A stretch of 64,000 nucleotides of DNA from a virus. The number at the start of each line of letters is the position of its first letter. Position 1 is the stretch's first letter. The stretch covers positions 1 to 64,000 of IMG/VR virus record IMGVR_UViG_3300035691_000003; one strand, written 5' to 3'. A model generated the notes under the pieces. The model was not told where the DNA came from. It was given only the letters and a program-made list of their open reading frames with translations, and did not search any database. Both the position numbers and the translations under genes were made by a program. Below, in pieces: positions 40,638-48,296 of this stretch.

Positions 40638-41138
40638 ATGAATAGACGACAGTTCACATGGCGCGGGATTCTTACCTTCTTAGTCCTCGGATTCGCTGGC
40701 AGCGCTTTCAAGTGCGACTCCGATAAGGTATCAATCTACGTACTGACCATCACCAACTTTCTCAAACAGATTTCCTCTATCATGCCGCAGTGGGCGGCGA
40801 CAATTACCAAGATTCTGGCAGTCGCAACCGACTTCGATGCCGCCTACAAGCATGGCGACTTCTCCAGCGCCGACAACCTGTTCAACACGCTCGACGAGAA
40901 CATCCTAACGCTGACCAAAGACTTGGGCGTCAACCTCAGCGACCATGTGAAAATGCTGCTGGCGGTGATTGGGGCGACGGTGCAGACGGTGGCTGTGTTG
41001 CTGCATGAGCAGATTATGAAGCAACCGGCGTCGGCTATCGCAGCGGCCCGCGCGGCGAAGTCCAGCAACGCAGTGGAACGGTTGTCGGCCCCAGCGGCGG
41101 TCAATGCAACCTTTGAAACGGCTAAACTGAAGCCGTAA
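40638..41138 (+). CDS. Putative Tat-exported (lipo)protein
   Basis: AGGAGG RBS; MNRRQF twin-arginine motif, hydrophobic stretch, Cys at 26. Confidence 0.6.
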   Translation: MNRRQFTWRGILTFLVLGFAGSAFKCDSDKVSIYVLTITNFLKQISSIMPQWAATITKILAVATDFDAAYKHGDFSSADNLFNTLDENILTLTKDLGVNLSDHVKMLLAVIGATVQTVAVLLHEQIMKQPASAIAAARAAKSSNAVERLSAPAAVNATFETAKLKP

Positions 41139-41139
41139 G

Positions 41140-41269
41140 TTTCGGAACGTCTCGGTGGCTAGTAACGAGCACGATGATGAGACGGTGACATGGAAAGAAG
41201 GAAGGTACATTCGAGGCGTTCGCAACTGTTGAATCAAGCAGGTAGACCACGGCACGGGACGTTCCGAGA
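41140..41269 (+). ncRNA. Candidate stem-closed structured RNA
   Basis: 15-bp stem TTTCGGAACGTCTCG/CGGGACGTTCCGAGA with 2 G-U pairs on +; fills the intergenic gap. Confidence 0.55.
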
Positions 41270-41293
41270 TTAGCAGCACATGGAGCGGCTGTA

Positions 41294-41899
41294 ATGTTCG
41301 ACTGGTTGTGGAAGATGACCAAGACCAAAGATGAGAGACAGTTTGAAATCCTCGACCAGCGGCTAATCGACATTCAGGGCAGGTTGAAGAAACTGCGCGT
41401 GGAGATCGACCAGCAAGCCAATAGCAACCAAGGAAAGTTTGACAATCTTACAAAGTTAGTAGTGGCCGAGACAGAACAGATCCTTAAGGCCATTCAGGCA
41501 ATCCAACCGGCCCCGGTGCCGAATAAATCTCTGGAGGTAACATTCGTGTTTAAAGTAGCAAACGATCATCAGGACGAACCGTATTCCATCGCCATCGGCA
41601 GCGTGACGGACGCGGAAGGCGAGACGCTTCCCGACACCAGAGGACTGACCGTGGAAGTCACGTCAAGCGATGATACGGTTGTAAGCCCCGGCTTCGACTC
41701 GGCGACGAATTCCGGCATCGCCCACTTCGGTAAATCCGGCGTTGCGTCACTGAACGCAGTCGTGAAGAACGCCAAGGGTGACATTCTCGGCAGCGGCGCG
41801 GCGGATTTTACTGTGACCACCGGCGATCCCGCAGCGGTGAGCGATGTCAAGATCTCGTTTGGCGGACTGACTGAAGAAGCACCGCCAGTGGAGGGCTAA
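41294..41899 (+). CDS. Coiled-coil plus Ig-like domain protein
   Basis: N-terminal heptads; C-terminal VTSSDDTVV Ig-like motif. Confidence 0.7.
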   Translation: MFDWLWKMTKTKDERQFEILDQRLIDIQGRLKKLRVEIDQQANSNQGKFDNLTKLVVAETEQILKAIQAIQPAPVPNKSLEVTFVFKVANDHQDEPYSIAIGSVTDAEGETLPDTRGLTVEVTSSDDTVVSPGFDSATNSGIAHFGKSGVASLNAVVKNAKGDILGSGAADFTVTTGDPAAVSDVKISFGGLTEEAPPVEG

Positions 41900-41902
41900 C
41901 CA

Positions 41903-42076
41903 ATGCCACTCGCATACATCTTCTGGCTGCTCATCATCCTCTGGGCCATCTTTGGGTTGGGTTATCCCTTCGTTGTGGAGACGCCCAACCGGAGGATTAT
42001 CAGCGGCGGCAATCTGCTACTGTTCGTGCTCATCGTCCTGCTGGGTTGGCAGGTGTTTGGGAGTGCAGTGAAGTAG
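41903..42076 (+). CDS. Two-TM small membrane protein (holin candidate, 57 aa)
   Basis: Manual translation MPLAYIFWLLIILWAIFGLGYPFVVETPNRRIISGGNLLLFVLIVLLGWQVFGSAVK; GGAGG RBS. Confidence 0.65.
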   Translation: MPLAYIFWLLIILWAIFGLGYPFVVETPNRRIISGGNLLLFVLIVLLGWQVFGSAVK

Positions 42077-42100
42077 TCACACCAACAGGAGACATCGTGC

Positions 42101-42688
42101 TTGCCCGGAAACAGCCGACAGGGAATAGGCGTAGACGCAATGGGTGGGCCGGTAATCGACCCAACCAAGAACGTTCTCGACTTAACCAACGCGGCCAACA
42201 AGCGGCAAGACGACCTCCGCGAGATGTACAACCGCTTCATCGAAGCGTCGATTCGGCGGTTAGATGAAACGGTCAGACGGGTTGAGCAGATAGCGGACCT
42301 AAGAGCACAGCACGCGCACGATGTCAGCATGATCCATCAGGCCCATGACCGTGAAATTCACAAGATGGAGCAGGACAAACTGGCGGCATTTCGGGCCAGC
42401 GATGAGATGGCGAGGATCACCGAGGCGAATCGTAGTCTCGCGGCAATCCAGGTGGTTGAGCGAACATTGAACTCCACGGCAACCGCACTGGCAAGCCAGA
42501 ACGCCGAGAACAATGTGGAAGTTAATCGACGACTGGCAGCACTTGAGAAGTCCAGCTACGAAGGCGCAGGTAAGGGGACGGGAGCCAAGAATACCGTCAC
42601 CTACGTGGTGCTGGCAGTCGGCATGGTAATGTCGCTAATAACAATCGGCTCGGTAATAGTAGCAATCGCTTTCGCAATCAGACATTAG
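42101..42688 (+). CDS. Coiled-coil protein with C-terminal TM
   Basis: Helical body and hydrophobic C-terminus. Confidence 0.75.
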   Translation: MPGNSRQGIGVDAMGGPVIDPTKNVLDLTNAANKRQDDLREMYNRFIEASIRRLDETVRRVEQIADLRAQHAHDVSMIHQAHDREIHKMEQDKLAAFRASDEMARITEANRSLAAIQVVERTLNSTATALASQNAENNVEVNRRLAALEKSSYEGAGKGTGAKNTVTYVVLAVGMVMSLITIGSVIVAIAFAIRH

Positions 42689-42708
42689 AACAAGGAGCAA
42701 TCGCCCAG

Positions 42709-42876
42709 ATGAGTAGCAAACATGAACAAGACCACCCAGCACCGCAAGGACTGCCGGATGAGACTCCACCGACAACCAAGCCGGTTGGACCACCGGATAA
42801 ACCCGGCCCACTCGGCGACGTTCCCATCCCGCCTGAGCCGCCCAAGCCGCCTGACCCTCCCGGTGGAGGCAACTGA
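42709..42876 (+). CDS. Proline-rich peptide (55 aa)
   Basis: AAGGAG RBS; MSSKHEQDHPAPQGLPDETPPTTKPVGPPDKPGPLGDVPIPPEPPKPPDPPGGGN. Confidence 0.55.
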   Translation: MSSKHEQDHPAPQGLPDETPPTTKPVGPPDKPGPLGDVPIPPEPPKPPDPPGGGN

Positions 42877-42881
42877 ATCAA

Positions 42882-43349
42882 ATGAGCGCCCGTCCGCTGC
42901 CGCAGGTAGATGACACGATCTACACCGTCTCACTATGGAAAGACGAACTCGACTCAACTTACAAGTGGTGGCAGAAGGCGTTCTATCGGTTCCTCTACCT
43001 GCCCTTCAATGAGTTCTCGCTGAAGGTCATCAAGATACCCAAGGCGACAGAGATTGAACGCGAGGGCGATAAGGTCCGCTTTCGTATCTGGGAAATCATC
43101 GGCCACTACGGTTCACCCGACGAGGCGGACATCACCTGCACGACTCCTCGGCACTGTTACAAAGACTATCCCTACGGGCGGCGCTTCCCTGACATCAGCG
43201 GACAGATAGGCCATGGCCCGGTCTTCCCTCGCGCTAAAGACCCTCGTAAGCGTATCCAGCCAATCATGGACACGACGTTTCTACCGCGCCGTGAAGTAAG
43301 CCAAATGAGAAATGAAATCGCCCGGCTGAATCAGGTACTGGACCAATGA
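42882..43349 (+). CDS. Hypothetical protein
   Basis: 155 aa ORF in operon. Confidence 0.7.
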   Translation: MSARPLPQVDDTIYTVSLWKDELDSTYKWWQKAFYRFLYLPFNEFSLKVIKIPKATEIEREGDKVRFRIWEIIGHYGSPDEADITCTTPRHCYKDYPYGRRFPDISGQIGHGPVFPRAKDPRKRIQPIMDTTFLPRREVSQMRNEIARLNQVLDQ

Positions 43350-43355
43350 TCGACC

Positions 43356-43832
43356 ATGCAAGAGAACCCGACAGTTCCTCATGTTCTAATACTGGTCTCG
43401 AACTTCATTACAGCAATCCTTTCAATTGGCGGAACCCTAACCGCTCTATGGTTTAAGGGGAGACGCGAGCCTGCCGAGGTAAGGCGCATAGACGCCGAGA
43501 CCCATAACCTGCAAGTCACCACAGAAATTGCCCCGATAGGAATCAGTCTCGAATTACTGCGAGAACTCCAGGCAGTCAGAAAGAAAGCTGAGGACCGTGC
43601 TGAGCAGTCGCTATTGAAGGAAGACCAGATGCGCGGGCAGATCCTCTTCTGGCGCAACAAGGCTGAAGAGTTGGATGGACAGTTGATTGAGTCTAAGGAA
43701 GAGGCCGCTCAGCTACAGACCCGCTATAACCTGAAAAAAGCCGAACTGGAAAAGGCGATGGGCCTACTGCAAATAAAGCACGTCAGCTACGGTGACGCGG
43801 ACCAGCCGAAAGATCGCAGCGGAGAAAAATAG
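43356..43832 (+). CDS. N-terminal TM plus coiled-coil protein (lysis-module type)
   Basis: Hydrophobic residues about 9-32 followed by heptads. Confidence 0.7.
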   Translation: MQENPTVPHVLILVSNFITAILSIGGTLTALWFKGRREPAEVRRIDAETHNLQVTTEIAPIGISLELLRELQAVRKKAEDRAEQSLLKEDQMRGQILFWRNKAEELDGQLIESKEEAAQLQTRYNLKKAELEKAMGLLQIKHVSYGDADQPKDRSGEK

Positions 43833-44054
43833 AGGCAGCACCCGCCTCCCACAGCCAGCACCACCTCGTCGTAAAAGGAGAACAATCTCGGAAACTTAGT
43901 CGTTCCGTTGGCTGGAAGTGTAGCACAGGTGGAGCGGGCGAGCAGATAGAAAGACGACGCCAGTCACCCGACGCCGCCTCCCATTCCAAAGTGGTCTAGG
44001 TCTGTAGATTTTTGCCTGGTTGTCTCCTCCTTTCAATTGATGGATTACGAACAC

Positions 44055-44426
44055 TGGTTGATTGCGTCGTGGATTCAAACCACGTTTGGGACTTCAGTAG
44101 TCAGGCACAGTCCCACCGTCAATAGGACAGATGCTGCTATCCACGCGAGCATGGTCGCCTGGGGTCCAACTCGGCCCGTTGCTTGCCGATTTTCACAGCA
44201 GTTCTCCCCACCTCAAGAAGTCTCTGGTCTCGCCGAATGGGCTTAGCGTGCTCCAGTAGGATTACTCCACTGGTCCACGGTACTAACGAGCCGCCGTGAA
44301 AGGTTGTACTAAGTGCTTAACACCGGAGGATCGTTACCTACCTCCCAGCCTTTCCCTCGTGCTCTCCCGCTGCACTCCTGAGTTCCTGTCACTTCCGAGC
44401 GCTTTCGTCAGAGCGCCACCGCAATC
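44055..44426 (-). ncRNA. 372-nt tRNA-like-ended large structured RNA
   Basis: GATTGCG/CGCAATC acceptor-like stem, D-like arm, T-arm CGTGG-TTTGAAT-CCACG, 3' ACCA, TATAAT 5 nt upstream. Confidence 0.75.
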
Positions 44427-44431
44427 AAAGA

Positions 44432-44437
44432 ATTATA
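44432..44437 (-). promoter_or_regulatory. -10 box for the 372-nt RNA
   Basis: Exact TATAAT; no good -35 at 17 bp. Confidence 0.5.
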
Positions 44438-44531
44438 ACGTGGACCACTCCCTCCGGCTTTCACGGAGCAGCGCCAAGGATTCCGATGACAAGGCACGCG
44501 CTTATCGCGCCAGTGGCCCACGAGATTCAGC

Positions 44532-44783
44532 CTAGTTCACAATCGGGCAACCATGGGCTTCCATGCACCCCTTGTAAATACCGGCGGCGTGCGTCACGCA
44601 TCCCTTGAACTGGTCTGGGGTTATATCGTCTCCGTAGACTATTACACAGCTGAGCATGTCGGCGTCGGCAAGGCCCTCACATGCGGCGTTAGCCTGATCG
44701 CAGGGAATAAACGCAGCCGATCCAGTGGGCGTGACTAGCAGCCCTATGGTGAGCAATGCCAGTATGATTAGTTTTCGTCTCAT
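44532..44783 (-). CDS. Small secreted Cys-rich protein
   Basis: AGGAG RBS; signal peptide MRRKLIILALLTIGLLVTPTGSAA; six Cys. Confidence 0.75.
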   Translation of the reverse strand: MRRKLIILALLTIGLLVTPTGSAAFIPCDQANAACEGLADADMLSCVIVYGDDITPDQFKGCVTHAAGIYKGCMEAHGCPIVN

Positions 44784-44821
44784 TAGTCTCTCCTGTCTAA
44801 AGGGTTAATGGTCAGGCAGTC

Positions 44822-45824
44822 TCTCAACCCACCAGTTCCGCCGTCACCGCACTCTACATTGTCACGTCTCCCGAATCGGCGACAGCCACCTCTACGCGGT
44901 GGGTTGAGAAGGGGGATTGCGCGGCCCCCGCAGGCGGTGGGTTCGACACGTTACGACCACCTCTCCCCGGTCTGTCCTCTCGTGCCAGAGTAAGCCGCGC
45001 AAACTTGATTCAATTGTCAATTCAACCTTGGACCACCGCCGCCACCTTTTCAGACGGCTTGGGGTTCATCGCCAAAGATGCCGTAACCGAGTGGCCCAAG
45101 GGTCGGTCGAGTAGGATGATTTCAAACCGCAAGTCCGAAGACCTACGATGAAGCAGGTGTTACCACTCTGCTCCATCCTACTCGACTGCGATTGCGCGGG
45201 GCCGGGCTTGATACCGGCTACGGCATGTCGAGTGGCGTTCTGCCGTGTTGTCACGGCTCTTAGCTAGCATCTTCGGAACCTGCCATGCCTTCCTATCCGA
45301 ATACTCAGTAGCGTTTCCTTCAACGCCGTCCGCGCAAATTCAGTTGTCAATGGCCGTTTGCAGTGGCTCAGGTCGCTCGGCGTCCTCGTTCTCGTGCCTA
45401 CCTCGCAGTTGACTCTACTGCTTCAGGCTTGTTTTTCCGAGATAAGGCAGATGGAGACGAGAGTCTTTACAGCCTCGCTCCACAGTCGTTTACCGTGGCT
45501 TTTACCGCCCTCAATGACCACTGCAAACATCTGATGCGGGACTTGTCTGGAGCGCCTTCGTTCTCCCCGCTGGTGTTACCAGCCAGCGAGTCCCGCGCAA
45601 CTATGCCGCGACTTGTATTAACGGCGCTCGCGGCCAACGACGAGCGGTTCAACGTAGCCGCCACCGTCGGGTTCTCCGTTCCCGCTATCTGGTCATCCTG
45701 TCAATTCAGGCGGTTGACGGGAGCACTTTAATTACATCGTCCTCCCCAGATCACTGGTGCCCCACCCATCGTTCAGTGTCCGCTTGCGCGGTGAATGCTC
45801 AGTCTATTGACGAGCGAGTGGGGC
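44822..45824 (-). ncRNA. Tandem array of stem-closed structured RNAs, some tRNA-like
   Basis: Successive inverted-repeat-bounded units: 44822-44909, 44917-45002, 45026-45101, 45106-45186, 45192-45337, 45356-45528, 45536-45596, 45759-45824; most diagnostic G-U pairs favour - strand. Confidence 0.7.
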
Positions 45825-45829
45825 GTGAT

Positions 45830-45982
45830 TCAAATATCCATCGCGCACTCGTGTGTACACTCAGCGCAACAGTCGCAAAAGTCATCGCTGTCATTGTCGT
45901 TTATCTCAACCGCGTAAGGACAGCTATGGGATTCGTCCGTTGCTTCATTTTGGCAGCCCGCTCGACCTGTGCATTTAGCCAT
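45830..45982 (-). CDS. Small acidic Cys-rich protein (50 aa)
   Basis: Manual translation MAKCTGRAGCQNEATDESHSCPYAVEINDNDSDDFCDCCAECTHECAMDI. Confidence 0.65.
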   Translation of the reverse strand: MAKCTGRAGCQNEATDESHSCPYAVEINDNDSDDFCDCCAECTHECAMDI

Positions 45983-45988
45983 GGTAGC

Positions 45989-46348
45989 TCACCTTACCTC
46001 CGCACCCTGCACCGCCCGCCGCACCCCACGCCGCACCTCCCAGTCGTCCCGCTCCCTCGTCCCTGGCAATCCCGGCACAGTGAGTCGCTCAGCGTCGGGT
46101 AGAGTGCCCAGTGCCACCACCAGCGCCGCCAGTAGTCGGGCATTCTGCCGTTCAGTAAACAGGGCACTGATTAACGAACCTTGCCGTGCTTCGCGATACA
46201 GCAGCAGCGCTTGTCGCAGTCCAATCTTCACCGGCTCACATAAGTCGCAGAAGACGAGAGCGACGAGGTGGGTGGATGGTAGGGTTAGTGGTCGAGGTTG
46301 CGGCCTCTGGGCCAGCGCGACCAGTAGAGCGAGTTCAGCGACTATCAT
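45989..46348 (-). CDS. Hypothetical protein
   Basis: GGAGG upstream of internal Met MIVAEL. Confidence 0.5.
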   Translation of the reverse strand: MIVAELALLVALAQRPQPRPLTLPSTHLVALVFCDLCEPVKIGLRQALLLYREARQGSLISALFTERQNARLLAALVVALGTLPDAERLTVPGLPGTRERDDWEVRRGVRRAVQGAEVR

Positions 46349-46873
46349 CGTCGTCGTCCTCCCGCTTCCCATTCAACTCATCAATCGCTAGTGCTAACTC
46401 TCGCTCATGCTCCGGCATATTCCCCGGCCAGTTGGGCTGCACCTCAGCACGCCAGCGACGGGCGGCGGTGAGCAGGCGGGTGGTGGCGTCAGTGGTTAAC
46501 TCGGGCATCTGGCATCTCCTTTCGCTTTCACCTGTCGCAGCCGCTTACGATCACCGATGAACATCCCCTGTGCGGCAATCTCGCTGAACGCTACAGCTTT
46601 ACGGTCTGGCTCCAACCGCTCCAACAATTCCTCCCGGCGAAACTCACAGAAGAGGCAATAGTCGTCGTAGTGGATGGTGCCACAACAGCGGCATTCACTC
46701 ATCGGTCGCCTCCCCCACTGTACACAACGGCCCTGGTTCTCCATCAGGATCGCCGTCCCAGCACAGCCAGCAGCGACGTGGATCGTGGTCCTCTGTCTTG
46801 GTCGCATTGCAGTGACGACAAGTTACAGGCTCGCACTCATACGGGTGCATGTCCTCGGCGGTACAGGCGAAGC

Positions 46874-47155
46874 TCATATCAGCACCTCCGGTTCCGCGCA
46901 AAGAAAGCAGGCGACATAACTGCCGTCGGGAAGCGGTAGGAACCCGTCTTCACAGCAGTGTTCACTATCATCAAATAGCCAGCCATCGCCACGGCAGGTA
47001 GAACATCCATCTCCATCAGCCTGTTCCCCGGTCCCGCTACAGTCGCGACAAACTACTTCGGCAGGCAGCAGGAATTCAAACGGCCAGTCAGCGGGAAAGT
47101 CGAACGATTGCGGGTAAGGGTCGCGAATGTCAGTGTCGTCGATGGCGGGAATCAT
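46874..47155 (-). CDS. DnaJ-type Zn-finger small protein
   Basis: CRDCSGTG and CSTCRGDG motifs. Confidence 0.7.
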   Translation of the reverse strand: MIPAIDDTDIRDPYPQSFDFPADWPFEFLLPAEVVCRDCSGTGEQADGDGCSTCRGDGWLFDDSEHCCEDGFLPLPDGSYVACFLCAEPEVLI

Positions 47156-47306
47156 TGGGTGGCTCCTGTCTCGTCTTCATTGCAAAGTAAATTACCCTGA
47201 ATATGGTCAGCGATTGCCCGCAGACGCTCCACGCCGTCACCAAACTCCTGAGCGCTGGCCGGGTCGGCCATTTCCTGCACCTGTCGCAATAGTTCGTGGG
47301 GTTCCA

Positions 47307-47579
47307 TCAGTCGCCTCCTTCCGGCAGCGCTTGCAGAGGATTCGCGCCAACTATTAGATCCACTTCCTCTTTGCGAAGCACCGACGCACAGGAAGCCAGT
47401 GAAGTAGCAATCAGCAACGACAGGCCCGCAGTGTACCGAGCAGCGTCTTGCAGTGCCTCGATTTCAGACTTCCCCTGGCCGATGATATGGAAATCCTCGA
47501 ACCACACGTCCCAGGGATCGTCAGCGCCCTTCGTCTCGGTTACGTAGATTGTACCCACGTCGCTCTTGTATTTGCTCAT
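47307..47579 (-). CDS. Hypothetical protein (HicB-like N-terminal motif)
   Basis: GGAGG RBS; GQGKSEIEALQDA. Confidence 0.55.
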   Translation of the reverse strand: MSKYKSDVGTIYVTETKGADDPWDVWFEDFHIIGQGKSEIEALQDAARYTAGLSLLIATSLASCASVLRKEEVDLIVGANPLQALPEGGD

Positions 47580-47580
47580 C

Positions 47581-48081
47581 TCAACCTCCCGTGCTCGCAG
47601 CCTGTGTCGGAGCGACGAACTCATGATAGTTCACATACCCCAGTGTCACATCGTGAATCCCGTCGTTCTCCAGTCCCTTGCACACCTTGCTGTCAATCTC
47701 AAAGGCACACTTGTCACCGTTGCTCATCAGCATCTGTAATCGCCCACTAACATCGGTGGAGAACTGGTGCTGGCTATCCCCGTCACCGTGGTCCCCGTCG
47801 TCTGGGTCGGTGCTGCCACAGATGGCGCACATGGGTTTGCGCTGCTGGGCCAGATTCTTGTTAAGTGTCGCTGCCAGCCCGGTGGCACGCGCCGATCTGT
47901 TGCCAGTGGCGCGGGTGCGCTTCTTGACGCCCTTGCCGGTTCCCTTTGTCGGCTGCAACGACTCGACCAGGAGATCGCGCTCACTGTCGGACAGCCCGCG
48001 CAAGGTGGCCAGCAACGCGGATTCGTCGTCGCTGAACTGACGTTGTAGACTGTAGACTTTAAGCACGTTTCGCAGATTCAC
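47581..48081 (-). CDS. Hypothetical protein with Cys/His motifs
   Basis: AAGGAG RBS, 166 aa. Confidence 0.65.
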   Translation of the reverse strand: MNLRNVLKVYSLQRQFSDDESALLATLRGLSDSERDLLVESLQPTKGTGKGVKKRTRATGNRSARATGLAATLNKNLAQQRKPMCAICGSTDPDDGDHGDGDSQHQFSTDVSGRLQMLMSNGDKCAFEIDSKVCKGLENDGIHDVTLGYVNYHEFVAPTQAASTGG

Positions 48082-48296
48082 AATAATTGCTCCTTCCTTT
48101 GCTTGTTAGCGGCCCATTGTAAGAACGTCTCAAACTTCCAGTCAGTCAGGCTCTCAGGGCCAAATGTTACTGAATGACCGCGCGTTTCCATCTCAGCTAG
48201 AAACTCTTTCATCAGCGCGCGGAGGTAGTCTAAGTCGGCGGCAATACCCACTCGTGATGGAAACTGGCGCAGATTGGATTGGGCAGGGGTGGTCAT
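48078..48296 (-). CDS. Hypothetical protein
   Basis: GAGG RBS; GTGA coupling to next gene. Confidence 0.55.
   Translation of the reverse strand: MTTPAQSNLRQFPSRVGIAADLDYLRALMKEFLAEMETRGHSVTFGPESLTDWKFETFLQWAANKQRKEQLL

Noticed and set aside
693-43660. Numerous antisense and alternate-frame ORFs over structural genes
   Set aside because: Expected shadow ORFs in GC-rich coding DNA, with no motifs
44088-44230. Group I intron core (CAGAGACT and GAAGTCC resemble P7 strands)
   Set aside because: The GAAGTCCC segment pairs locally with GGGACT, and no anticodon arm can be rebuilt by splicing
44055-44426. Canonical tmRNA (ssrA)
   Set aside because: No GGGG start or G3-U70 pair, a paired D-like arm is present, and no convincing tag peptide was seen; kept as an unclassified RNA
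45106-45186. Standard tRNA gene
   Set aside because: 13-bp terminal stem, no 7-nt anticodon loop on a 5-bp stem, no proper T stem or CCA
44037-45731. ORF-track calls over the RNA region (e.g. 44296..44535, 44808..44993, 45066..45254, 45363..45731, 45467..45664)
   Set aside because: No evident RBS, atypical composition, and they overlap extensive base-paired structure
44822-45824. CRISPR array
   Set aside because: Units are bounded by different inverted repeats, not identical direct repeats; the Cas4-like nuclease sits in a typical phage recombination trio
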